Source of the DNA: Paramoeba atlantica
Taxonomy: Eukaryota > Protista > Discosea
Reading direction: 5' to 3'
Length of the DNA: 64,000 bases
Assembly: GCA_977017575.1 (NCBI GenBank)
Contig: CDRNVI010000144.1
Span: 62,001-126,000 of the forward strand
The notes beneath the pieces were generated by a model, which saw nothing but the letters and a program-made list of their open reading frames with translations, did no database searches and was not told where the DNA came from. Both the position numbers and the translations under genes were made by a program. Positions 27,119 to 40,405 of the stretch are shown piece after piece (the stretch's first letter is position 1; the number at the start of each line of letters is the position of its first letter).

Positions 27119-30100
27119 AATTTGATAAAAATCGAAAAAAAAAATGGGTTTAAAAAGGATTGGGGGAGATTCAAGACCACCACGAAAACCTCCCCACCCT
27201 TTCTTCAAGTCACCAACCAAATTGAAAAACAATTGTGGAAATTCTGTATTTTGGCAATATGTCCCCCACCCTCCCCAACAAAATTGGTGCTACTGTGGCT
27301 AATTTACCCATCACAAAGTATTTATGGAGGTGGTGTGCGAGTCAAAACCCAATCTTCATGTCCATTCTGGAAAATTCCCAAAGAGGCTGCAACATTTGTT
27401 TATGTGAACAAATATTATAACCTTTTTAGTCTTTTTAAATCTCAACAAAACAGTGTGTTCTTCCTTTCTAAAAACTTGAACAAACCTCCTCCCAATTAAA
27501 GACCCCCCCCCCCCTCCAAAAAAAAAAAAACAAGGTGCGCCACCACAGAAAAAAGGTACACAATTCCCACAAAAACACCTACATTCACCATTTTATCGAA
27601 AAGGAAAAACCCAAACCATCCCCACAAAACAAACCTCATTTATATTAACAAAAAACAGAAAGAGAAAAACCACAGTGTGTCTTGGAAACTTTTGGTTCTT
27701 AAAAAAAAACAAGAGAAACCAAAAAATCAAAGAAAAATCAAAAGAAAAATCAAAAGAAAAACCTGCACATCAATTAAAACCCTCTTCTAGAAAAACACCA
27801 ACCCCACAAACAACCACACCCCACAAAAAACCACACCCCATACACAAGACCAACACCAACATCAAAAAAAATATAGAACAGAGTAAAAAAAAAAAAGAAA
27901 AAGAACAAAAAGGGAGAAAGAAAAAAAAAGAAAAAAGAACAAAAGAACAAAAAAAAAGAACAAAAAGGACAAAACGAAAGAAAGACAAAAAAAAAAAAAA
28001 AAGAAAACCTTCTTGTTATTTTTGATTTTTTGGTTCAAACAAACAATAAACCTTGAAAAATGTGTGTACACAAGACAACACACAACCAACTTACACAAAA
28101 ACCAATGCACAACCAATACACAAAAACACTGATGTCCCAACTACCAACAAAGTGACCAAAAACAATTAACAATAATAATATTTAACTCCAACAAAACCAA
28201 ACAAACAAAACAAAACAGCACTAATTAAATACACACACCCCCTCCAAACAAAAAACAGAAGACAAATTAACCAACTAAAAAAATATTATTACAACAAAAC
28301 GGAAAGATAAATATTACAAAAGAACCAACCAACCATTATATGTGGCTGGCTCCCTCCAGAAATCCCCAACCCCCATCTTTGTCTTGATGATTCCACACAC
28401 TCTCTCTTTTTTTGTGTTTTTCTGTGAAAAATTGGTTAAAATTACGAACACAACATAACCACAACACAAAAAAACAAAATCAACAACAACAATAACAATT
28501 ACAATAACAAATATCAACAACAAATATCAATAACAAATAACAACAATAACAAATAACAACAAATAACAACAAATAACAACAAATAACAACAAATAACAAC
28601 AAATAACAAATAAGAACAACAACAAGAATAACAAGAATACCAATAACAAATAACAAATAACAACAAATAACAACACAATCAAAATATCATCACCACCACA
28701 ACAGCAATACCATTAATAAAAATAAAAACAAACACAAAATAAAAGAAGGAAAAAAGAGAAAAACCTGGTGGTGGCACAATAGTCGGGATTGTTGGGAACA
28801 GAGTAATATAAAAAAGGGCCTGGAGGGAGTCTTATAACAAAGAAACAAAGATGTCCCCATTCTATTATTAACAATTTAACAATTAACAATGATAATAAAA
28901 GCAATAACAATCAAATAACAACAACAATCATAACAATACAATAATAACAATAATTGATTATAAAAAAATAGTAACAACAACATAACAATTGCAAAAAAAA
29001 ATCATAATAACAAACCAACAATCATAATAACAACAATAACAACAAACAACAACAAACAACAAACAATAAACAACAAACAACAAGAAAAACAATCACAATC
29101 ATAAACAACAGCCAACAACAACTATAACTTAACTACAATCACAACAATCACAATCACAACAAACAAAACAAAAGTAACACTAAAATGACACAACAACAAC
29201 AAACAAAACGACAAACAAACCAACAAACCAACAAACCAACAATAAACCAACAACAAACCAACACAACAGAATAATCACATCATACTAAAAAAGATAAACA
29301 AATCCACACAATCAAAATAACTAACAAACCAAACACTGAAACACTGAAACAACAAAACACAAAATAAAGGGAAACCTGTGCCACTCATATTTTCAAAAAG
29401 GGTTGTGATTGGAAGGAAGTCTTTGTAACAAAGGAAACAAAAAAGATGTCCTCACACTAGTTAAGAGAAGGGGGAGGAGGAAGAATCAGATTTTAGTATC
29501 AGAGAATTTTAATTAATTAAATACTAATAACTAATACAAAAACAAAAACACTCTTTCCAATAATAACAGACAAACCAACCAAACCAAACCAAACCAATCA
29601 CCACAAAAAAGAAAAGAACAAAAACAAATACCAAAAATACCAAAAGCAAAAAATAAAACAAATAATAAAAAAACAAGTTCAACAAGAACAAATTAACAAG
29701 AACACAAAACCTTCTTTTAAAATGGACATCAATCATTTACAACGATTTCGTATTCCCCTCAAAATGGACGGGACACTTCTTTCAATTAATACACCAATCT
29801 CGGTGATCTAAATTCTTTTCATTCTTTTCGTCTGTTTTCTTCTTGATGAACTTTTGGAGTGGAATCTGGGGATTCGTGTCTTTTTTTCGATTTGGGAAAT
29901 TGGCTTTGAGAGACAACAAACTGTTTTTTGTACAAATTAATAAATTTTTCACACACCCTTCCTTCCTTCCTTCCTTCCCTTCCTCTTCTCAAAAAACAAA
30001 ACAAAACAAAAACACAAAAACAACATTAACACACACACACACCCCATTTTTAAAACACAAAGATACAAATACAAAAAAAGTAAAACAATAAAACACACCA

Positions 30101-31496
30101 AACACAGACAGAAAAAATAATCCATGCAAAAAAGTAACCTTCTCAGTGTGTTGCAAAAAATCTTATTGTGTGTTGTGTGTTGTGTGTGTAGTATAACGAT
30201 ACATACAGGGTCTGATACGTGGTATATCTTTTGTTGAGAAAGTCACATTTTTTTCGAGAAAGAAGACATTTGATTTCATTATGATAAGACATACCACTTA
30301 AAGAAGAGGAGAGAGATCCAATCCAATATCACTGTCACCAATCCAAGAAACAAATATTTCAAGAGACAAAGAAGGTCAAGGAACCCTCCAAAAGAAGAAA
30401 GCTAAGAAGAAAGAGCTTTTACTCCTCGAAAAAATGATAAGAAACAGAGGAATAGGGTGCAGCAGCGAGAGTGGGGAGAGAGAGGAGGGAGGAGAGAGGG
30501 TCGAATCACACACACCAACAACACCAAACATGGATTTTTTGGGAAAGGAGAGAGAGAGAGAGCAGAAACATATAATCAGTGGTAAAGTTCTTCGTGAATA
30601 ACCAACATTTTCAAAAGAGAAGTATCCACCAAACACTACACCATCATCACCAAAACACGCTCGAAGAAAGGCCTCTCCTCAGAACACACACACAAGCTCA
30701 TCGTCTCAAGAGGGCTAAAAAGAGAAGAAGAGAGATCATCCACCACAAACATCACTCTCTCGATTGGGTGTCTCTCTGGTGATCTTCTCTCTCCCCCTTT
30801 TCACCCACTGCCCCTCTACTTTCGATTGTTGTGTTCCCGAATATTTGCTCTTTTATGTGGGTGAAACAAAACACCACCCTTTTTCCCCCACTTTTATGTT
30901 TTGTTCCCCTGAAAACTGTGTGAAGGAAAGGGAAGAGAGAAAAGAAAGAGGGGAAAGAAAGAGGGAGAGAGAGAGAGAGAGAAAGGGGAAAAAACGGTCA
31001 GGAGTGTGAGAGAAGAGAAGTGTGTTTGAAAAAAAAGGAGAGGAAGAGAGAGAGACACAAACCACCTCTTTTCGCATTCTTTGCTTTTCATCTCCCTTCA
31101 TCAAAGAGAGAGAGAGAGGTTCATTTTCCCTTCTCCTCTCTCCTCTGTGTGTTAAAAGATGAGGTGAGAGAGAGAAGGGGGCGGAGGGGGTGTGAGGAGA
31201 AGAACAAACCCTCACACAATACAAAAAACACAAAACACACACCACCACAAAACTGCGCGATGGTGGTTGGTGAGATTGGCAAAACAAACAAAACAAATAA
31301 CACAAAACAAAACAAAAACAAACAAAACAAAAACAAACAAACAAAAACAAACAGAAAGAAGAGAGCGCTCTCTTCTCTTCTCTTCTCTTCTCTCTCACCA
31401 CAAAAAACAACAAAACGCAAAAAAAAAAGAACGAGATTTTTTTTTGGAGATCTAAATTAAAGGGGGATAGATTCTATTTTTTTCCTTTATTTGTAA

Positions 31497-32324
<828 letters not shown>

Positions 32325-32945
32325 AAAAAGCTTGTATAAAAAAATATAAATTGAAATTTTAACAAAAATCTTCTTTCTTTTTGAGACATTCACTCCACCA
32401 AAGAGTCATTTTTCTTTTCATAATTTTTTTTTTCTTTTTCTGGAATGGCAGTGGAAGAATGACACCCACACAACACACTACTTTTCTTTATTCAGTGGTG
32501 TGTGGTTGGGGGGTGAAAGATACTTTTTTTCTTCTTCTTCTTCCCCACAATCAGTGTATGTGTGTTGAACATTGGGATTTTAAGAAGGACCCACACACAT
32601 AATTAAGAAAAAGATCTTGGGAGGAAGGTGGTGTTTTATTGAGATGACAATATTAATATAAAACCACAGACCAATATGTTGGACCCAAAAAACCCTGAAA
32701 AACAGTGTCAGAAAAAGAAGAACAACAAGAAAGAAAAAAAGAAAGAAAAAAAGAAAGAAAAAAAGAAAAAAAAACCAATGATGAACAATTTTTTTCGAAT
32801 CCAAGAGCACCAAAGATATTTTGTTTCAAAAAAAAAAACGTGGGTATTTCTTTTAACACCAAAACAACACACATACAACACACACAACACACAACACCCC
32901 AATCCCCCCGACTGACTGGTGGATCTTCTTTTTTTTTGTTCATTC

Positions 32946-33000
32946 TTTTCATTCTCTCTGGGGTACTAATTCGAAAAATCAGACCCAGAGAGTATGAAAA
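32946..33000. repeat. ~55-bp hairpin element (copy 1)
   Basis: Arms TTTTCATTCTCTCTGGG / CCCAGAGAGTATGAAAA (17 bp, 1 mismatch). Confidence 0.75.
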
Positions 33001-33255
33001 CTATCAGGAAATAATCCTCTTTTGTGTTGTTTGGTCTCTCCTCTCTTTGCCCTCCTTATCCAACTTTGATTGTGTGGCAACTTCTCTCTTTTTCGTTTGT
33101 GATTTTTTGAATCTTTTGAACAAAAAAAAACTGAAAAAAAAAAAGAAAACAAAAAGGAAAAAAAAAAAGAAAAAAAAAAGAGAAAAAAGAGAAAAAAAGA
33201 GAAAAAAAGAAAGAAAAAAAGAGAAAAAAAGAAAGAGAAAAAAAAGAAAAGAAAA

Positions 33256-33374
33256 GGTCTTCAGCACTCGGGATTCGAATGTGGTCACCCACCATTCTAC
33301 TAACCGAGCCCACAGCTGCTTAACTTCCGAGTTCTGATGGGATCGGGTGCTTTCAACTGGGTATGACCGAAGAC
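33256..33374 (-). rRNA. 5S rRNA
   Basis: 119 nt with terminal stem GTCTTCGG/CTGAAGAC, conserved CCGATCCCATCAGAACTCGGAAGTTAAGC, and a T-rich terminator after it. Confidence 0.95.
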
Positions 33375-34313
33375 ATTTTCTCTTCTTTTTTTTCTCCTTT
33401 TATAATTCTCTGATTAGTTCAAAAGAGAGAAAAAGAAAAGAGAAAGAGAAGCTCCTCCCTCCCATGGAGGAGAGAAAAATCACCAAAAAAAAACAAGAAA
33501 GGGAGGGAGAAAAAAAAACCAAAAAAATTAACCTTGATACAAAGATCCACCTTTTTTTTGTTTTTTTTTGGAGGGGTGGGGTGGGGGTGGTGGGGGTGAA
33601 GATCAAACATGCCACACATACACCACACATTTTTTTCTCTCTCTCTCTCTCTCTCTCTCCTCTTCTCTTGTGGACGGACAGCGAGCAGTCAGGGTTTTCG
33701 AACTTTTTCCCTTCCTCCTCTTCTCTCCAAGTCCAGTCCTTTGAGAGAAGTCCAGTCCTTTGAGAGAAGAACAATTTATCAATCCTTTGCGCTCTGAAAA
33801 GTAAAAATAAGAATGGGTGATGAAAGAAAAAAGAGAAAAAAGAAGAGAAAAAAAAGAGAGAAAGAGAATAGAACCTAACACAGGATCAGGGTGTGTGATA
33901 ATAATAACAAAAAAAACACGATGTTCCCTTGGGGGGAGACAAACAAAGAGAAGAGGAGAGGAGAGGAGAGAAGAGGAGAGGAGAGAAGAGAGAAGAAGAG
34001 AGAAGAAAGAAGAAAGAAGAAAGAAGAGAGAACGGGAGAGAACGGCAGTTTCAGGGAAATAAAACAAGGGAGGTGTCCCCAAAAAGGAGGTGTCCCTTAA
34101 TATTTTCCTTTTACGTGCAAGAAGATGACGTGTCAATTCTTTTCTGATTCTCAGAATCCGAGATTTCAGCAACACACGGTCTTCTTTTTTTTGGTTTTCC
34201 CCGAATTTGCAAGATGATGATGATGGTGGTGTGTGTGTTCGAGAAGAGAGGTGGGAGCCACACAACAATTTTTCATTTTCATTTTTTCAAGAAACAAAAA
34301 CAAAAACAAAAAG

Positions 34314-36872
34314 ATGAGTAACTTGACTGATGGTCCAATTGTTGGGATCGATTTGGGAATGACATATTCCTCTGCGTTGGTTATTGGGTGAATGACCGTG
34401 TTGAAATTATTGCAAACGATCAAGGAAATCGTTTACTGACACTGAACGATTGATTGGAGATGCTGCCAAGAACCAAGTTGCTATGAATCCATACAACACC
34501 ATTTTCGACGCGAAACGATTGGTCGACGATTTGATGACCCAGCTGCCCAATCTGACATGAAGCATTGGCCATTCAAGGTGGTGAACCAATCCAGTAAACC
34601 CATGATCCAAGTTGAGTACAAAGCGGAACAAAAGACTTTTTCTCCTGAGGAGATTTCTTCGATGGTTTTGATCAAGATGAAAGAGATTTCAGAAGCTTTC
34701 ATTGGAAAGGAAGTCAAAGAAGCGGTGATTACAGTGCCTGCTTATTTTAACGATTCTCAACGGCAAGCTACAAAAGATGCAGGTGTTATTGCTGGCTTAA
34801 TTGTTCGACGTATTATCAACGAACCCACTGCTGCTGCGATTGCTTATGGTTTGGACAAGAAAGGAGCGGAGAGAAATGTATTGATTTTTGATTTGGGAGG
34901 TGGTACTTTTGATGTGTCTCTTTTGACGATTGAAGATGGGATTTTCGAAGTGAAAGCAACTGCTGGTGATACTCACTTGGGAGGAGAAGATTTTGACAAT
35001 CAAATGGTGAACCACTTTACCAATGAGTTCAAGAGGAAGCAGAAGAAGGATATGACTTCCAATGCTCGCTCCATGAGACAATTGAGAACTGCTTGTGAAT
35101 GTGCAAAGCGAACTTTGTCTTCTCAAGCTCAAGCTTCCATTGAAGTAGACTCTCTCTTTGAAGGAATTGACTTCTACACTTCCATCACTCGTGCTCGATT
35201 TGAAGAATTGAACCAAGACTTATTCCGTGGAACTTTAGATCCAGTTGAGAAGGTGTTGCGTGACTCAAAGATGGACAAAGGACAAATTCACGACGTTGTG
35301 TTAGTTGGAGGATCCACTCATATTCCTAAGATCCAATCTCTTTTGCAAGAGTTCTTCAATGGAAAGGAGTTGTGCAAAAGCATCAATCCTGACGAAGCTG
35401 TTGCTTATGGAGCTGCTGTTCAAGCTGCGATTTTAGCTGGTGTGACTGAAGGAGGACTTTCTGATTTACTTTTGTTGGATGTTGCTCCACTTTCTCTTGG
35501 TATTGAGACTGCTGGAGGTTTGATGACAAACTTGATTAATCGAAACACCACCATTCCAACGAAGGCTTCCAACAGTTTTACCACTTATTCTGACAACCAA
35601 CCTGCTGTGACCATCCAAGTTTATGAGGGTGAGAGAAAGTTCACCAAGGACAACAACTTGCTTGGAAAATTTGATTTGACTGGAATTCCCCCTGCTCCTC
35701 GTGGTGTTCCTCAAATTGAGGTTACCTTTGATATTGATGCGAATGGTATTTTGAATGTCTCTGCAAAGGACAAGTCTACTGGAAAACAGAACCAAATTAC
35801 CATCACAAATGATAAGGGTCGACTGTTTCAAGCTGATATTGATTGAATGGTGAAGGATGCTGAACAGTTTAAGGATGAAGATGAGGAGGGTTGGTGCCCG
35901 TAGTTTAGTCGTAAATTCGACTATGTCCAACCCCGGGGGGGCGAGTTCAAATCCCAGTTTTTCGATATTATAGAAAATTTTTCTGGTGCTGTAGAGTGAT
36001 TTGATTGGAGTGAGGAGCTCTTGAAGAAGTGTGAAAATCGGAACAGGTTACATCTCAGCCCTGTCTGCTAAAAAGTTGAGGATAAATTCCCTTGGAAGGA
36101 GCTTTGGATTATTCTCCCTTCTGATGTGCATCCTCCAGCCTGAACTTGCAGAAGTTCTAAAGTTCAGCATAAAGACCGACTGAACTAAGCTGAAGTTTAA
36201 AACTTCACCTCTTGTTAGAGGTTAAAAACAAACATAATTTAATGTAATTCAAATGGCTTAGATTAAGAACTACTAATTGAATAAAGTCTGCCTCAAAAAA
36301 AAAAAAAAAATAATTCAAATGGCTTAGATTAAGAACTACTAATTGAATAAAGTCTGCCTCAAAAAAAAAAAAAAAAAAAGGATGAAGATGAGGAAGCTTG
36401 GAAGAAGGTTGAAGCGAAGAATGGACTTGAGAACTATGCTTACTCTTTGTGATCAACTCTTCGTGATGAGAAAATTTCTGCTGTTATCTCTGAGGAAGAC
36501 AAGCAGACTGTGAACAAGCATGTCGATGAGGCTATTTCGTGGTTGGAGACAAACCAACTTGCTGAGGTTGATGAGTTTGAACACAGGAGGAAGGAATTGG
36601 AAGAGAAGGTGATGCCAATCTTCTCCAAGATCTACCAAGGAGCTGGTGGTGAGGGTGGTGTGCCTGGTGGTATGCCCAGTGGTGTGCCTGGTGGTATGCC
36701 AGGAGGAGGTATGCCTGGTGGATTCCCTGGTGGTGCTGGGGGATTCCCTGGTGGAGCTGGTGGATTCCCTGGTGGTGGTGGTTCTGGTTCTGGAGGTTTC
36801 TCTGGTTCTGGTGGAAATGCAGGAGGAGGATCTGGTTCTTCTGCTGAACCCAAGATTGAGGAAGTTGATTAA
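34314..36872 (+). pseudogene. HSP70: Cytosolic HSP70 pseudogene interrupted by a SINE
   Basis: Contains the HSP70 signatures [39 protein letters not shown] repeats and terminal EEVD. Lesions are 5' indels, TGA at 35844-35846 and ~36449, several Arg/Thr CpG-codon substitutions, and a 490-bp insertion at 35888-36377. Confidence 0.95.
35888..36377 (+). mobile_element. tRNA-derived SINE with a 17-bp target-site duplication and doubled poly(A) end
   Basis: AAGGATGAAGATGAGGA at 35871-35887 and 36378-36394. The head has A-box-like TAGTTTAGTCG and B-box-like GAGTTCAAATCC. The 3' end is AATAAAGTCTGCCTC(A)16, then a 50-bp repeat of the 3' end and a second poly(A). Confidence 0.9.
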
Positions 36873-37389
36873 AATTTTGTTGAACTTTCCTTTTGTACAA
36901 AATAAATAAATTATTGGTTGAAAAATATTTATTATTAAAATGATTTTTTTTTTCTCTCTCTTTTGGAACTCTCACAGTTCACTTGGAACTCTCACAGTTC
37001 ACTTGGAACAACACAACAATCTCAACAAAAGGAGAGGAGATCTCTCACACACAAACACTCCAATAATCCCCACCCCAACTACCTTTTTTTTTCTCTTGTC
37101 CACTTCATATCAACATCTTTTCTCTTTCTTTTTGTTGTTTTTTCTCTCCTTGAGAACCATCTCCTTAAAAATAGGGAAATCAGATCAATCTGGCGATCTC
37201 TTTTTGTCCTGCCCCTCTTTTTCAGTTAAAAACACACCTCCTCTTTTTGAATTTCCCCCCACCACACTCTCACTGCTGCATACGTGCTTGAAAAATCTCC
37301 AAAGAGGCTGCAATATTTGTTTTGTACACAAATATTGTAGTCTTTTTGGCTTCAATAAAAAGATTAAAGGTACATGTTACACACACTAC

Positions 37390-40030
37390 TCCTCAGGGAA
37401 AGGGGGAAAAAAAGTAAGAGAGGAGGAAAAAAAAGAAAAAACAAAAAAAAAAAAAAAAAGAAAAAAACAAAAAGAAAAAGAAAAAAAACAAAAAGAAAAA
37501 GAAGAAAAAAGGAAAAGGAAAAAAAAGGAAAAAGGAGAGGGAAAGAGAAAAGAAAGGGTCAAAAGAAAAAAAAAAGAAAAGGGAAAGAAAAGGGAAAAGG
37601 AAAAAAAAAAAGAGAAAAATAAACAAAAAAACTAATAAAAACAAAAGAAAAAAAAGAAAAAAAAGAAAAAGAAAAAGAAAACAAAAAAAGAAAAAAGAAA
37701 GAAAAAGAAAAAAAAGAGAAAAAAAGAAAAGATAAAAGAAACAAAGAGAAGAAAAAAAGAAAAAAAGAAAGAAAAAAGAAAAAGAAAAAAGGAAAAGGAA
37801 AAAAAAGAAAAGGAAGAGGAAAAGAGAAAGAGAAAAAAAAAAAAAAACCAACAATTTTCTTTTTATTTTCGCTTTGTCAAGAAAAGAAAGGAGAAAGAGG
37901 AGGAAAAGGAAAAAAAACAAAAAAAAACAAAAAAAAAACAAAAAACAAAAAAAAAAAAAGAAAACAAGGGAAAAAAATAAAATAAAAAAAACAAAAAAAC
38001 AAAAAAAAAACAAAGAAAAGAAAAGAAAAGAAAAGAACAATAAACAAAAACAAACAAAAACAAACAAAAACAAAAAAAAGGAAAAAAAAGGAAAAAAAAG
38101 GAAAAAAAAGGAAAAAAAGGAAAAGGAAAAAAGAAAAAAAGAAAGAAAAGAAAAAAGAAAAAACAAAGACAGAAAAAAAAGGAAAAAAAAAGAAAAAAAA
38201 GGAAAAGGAAAAAAGAAAAAGAAAAGAAAGAAAAGAAAAAAAGAAAAGCAAAGACAGAAAAGAAAGAAAAAAGAGAAAAAAAGAAAAAAAAAGAAAAAAA
38301 GAAAAACAAAGACAGAAAAGAAAAAGAAAAGAAAAAAGAAAAGAAAGAAAAAAAAAAAAAAGAAAAAAAAAAAAAAAGAAAAAAAAAAAAAAAGAAAAAA
38401 AAAAAAAAAGAAAAAAAAAAAAAAAGAAAAAAAAAAAAAAGAAAAAAAAGAAAAGAAAAAAACTGTGAAGAAAAAGGATCTTTTTTGATACGTGATTTCA
38501 CTCTTTTCTAATTCAACAACTTCACTGTTTTAAAAGGAAAGAAAGAGAAGGAAAGAAAAGAAAAGAGAAAGAGAAAGAGGGGAAAGAGGGGAGAAGATTA
38601 AAAAGAGGAAAGATAAAAGATAAAGAAGACAAAAAAACAAAAGATAAAAGAAAAAAAAAGGAAAAAGAGAAAAAAAAAGAGAAAAAAAAAGAGAAAAAAA
38701 GAAAAAAAAGAAAAAGAAAAAACAAAGAAAAACAAAGAAAAAAACCAATAAAGAAAAAAGGACCATTTTTGATACGTAAATTACACTCTCTTCGATTAAA
38801 CAACTTTCCTGTGTTAAGGAGAAAAGAAAGAGAAAGAGAAGGAAAAAGGGGAGAAAAAGAGAAGAGAAGGGAAGAGAGGGGAAAAGATTGAAAAGAGGAA
38901 AGATAAAGAGGAAAAGATAAAGAGGAAAAGATAAAGAGGAAAAAATAAAGAGGAAAAGATAAAGAAGAAAAAAAAAGAAAAAAGAAAAAAGAAAAAGAAA
39001 AAGGAAAAAAGAAAAAAGAAAAAAGAAAAAAGAAAAAAAAAAAAAAGAAAAAGAAAAAAGAAAAAAAAGAAAGAAAGAAAAAGAACCGCAAGAAAAAAGA
39101 GAAAACAATTTTACTTCACCCCTTTTCCTACTCCTTGCTCATCACCTCCTTGCTCATCACCTCCTTGCCCATCACTTCCTCTTTCTTCCCTCCTCTTTCC
39201 CTCCTCCCTTCTCTCCTTCCTCTTTCCTTTTAATTTTTTTTTTAATTTCTCTTTTTTCTTTTTTCTTTCTTTTTTCTTTTTTTTTTCTTTTTCCTCTTTT
39301 CTTCCCTCTCCTTTCGCTCTTTCCTCTCTTTCCTCTTTCCTCTCTTTCCTCTCTTTCCGGTCTCTTTCTCTCTTGGAAATATTTATTTTAGCACAAAAAA
39401 AAAGATTTAGGGTTCATAATTTTTCTGGCCCTCTGTTGGTTTTTTTTTTTGTTTTGCCTTTTCTTCTCTTCTCTTTTTCTCTCTTCTCTCTTCTCTTCTT
39501 TCTCTTCTCTCTTCTTTCTCTCTTCTCTTCTTTCTCTCTTCTCTTCTTTCTCTCTCTTCTCTCTTCTTTCTTCTCTTTTTCGTTTTTCTTTTTCTCTTTT
39601 TTTTTTCTCTTTTCTCTTTTTATTCCTTCTTTTTCTTTCTCTTTCTCAAACTTTTTCGCCCTTTATGAATGGGACTGGATGGGTTCTCTCTTTTACTTCT
39701 TTTATTTCTTTACTTTCTGTTTTTTTCTTCTCTTTTTCACTTTTATCTCTTCTCTTTTTTCACTTTTTCACTTTTTCTCTTTTTTGTTTCTCTTTTTCTT
39801 GTTCCCCTTTTTCTCGTTCCCCTTTCTTCCCTTTTTTGATAGGGTTCTCTCTTTTCTTTTTTCCCCCCTTTTTTCTTTTTCTCTTCTTTTCTTTTCTTTT
39901 TGTTGATTTTTTTCCTTTTGTTTTTGATTTCTTCTTCACAGTTTCTCGTTTTTCTCTTTTTTCTTCTTTCTATTTTCTCTTTCTCTTCTCTCTCTTTCCC
40001 CCCTTCCCTTTCTTTTCCTTTTTCTTTTTT
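37390..40030. repeat. Long polypurine tract (37390-39110) followed by a polypyrimidine tract (39120-40030)
   Basis: Mostly A/G then mostly T/C, with two related ~65-bp islands at ~38470-38535 and ~38757-38820. Confidence 0.85.
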
Positions 40031-40112
40031 GAAAAAATGAGATGGTCTTACAGATAAGTGAATCTTCAAAAAAAAAGAAAAGACAAAAGAGATGTTTTTA
40101 TTTGGGAAAGAT

Positions 40113-40162
40113 GATGTATTCTCTGGGTCCGGATTTTCACAAATTAGCACCCAGAGAGTATC
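40113..40162. repeat. ~55-bp hairpin element (copy 2, degenerate)
   Basis: TATTCTCTGGGT ... ACCCAGAGAGTAT with a loop related to the other copies. Confidence 0.65.
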
Positions 40163-40405
40163 AAGATCTCTACCCTAACTGTCTATCTGACACATTCTTT
40201 TTGACGAAAAAAGAAAGGAAAAAAATTACAATGAGATCACCAACAGAGAAAAGAAGAGGAGTGAATAAAGAAAAAAGAAAAAAGAAAAAAGAAAAAAGAA
40301 AAAAGAACACAAAAGAAGAGATTTTGTTATTTATTTTCATCTTCTCTCCTTTGGAGGAGAATTGAAAAACTTCTTTTTTGAACCATGTGGTGGGGAAGAA
40401 GAACA

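Noticed and set aside
34110-34250. Heat-shock or bZIP elements upstream of HSP70 (TTCGAGAA, TGACGTGTCA)
   Set aside because: These are single short matches without the three-unit nGAAn array, so they could be chance.
35844-35846. TGA reassigned to Trp or Sec (in-frame TGAs in HSP70, the insert gene and the retroelements)
   Set aside because: In HSP70 the TGAs sit at conserved Arg positions, TGG is used for Trp, and TGA also ends genes. CGA>TGA decay explains them.
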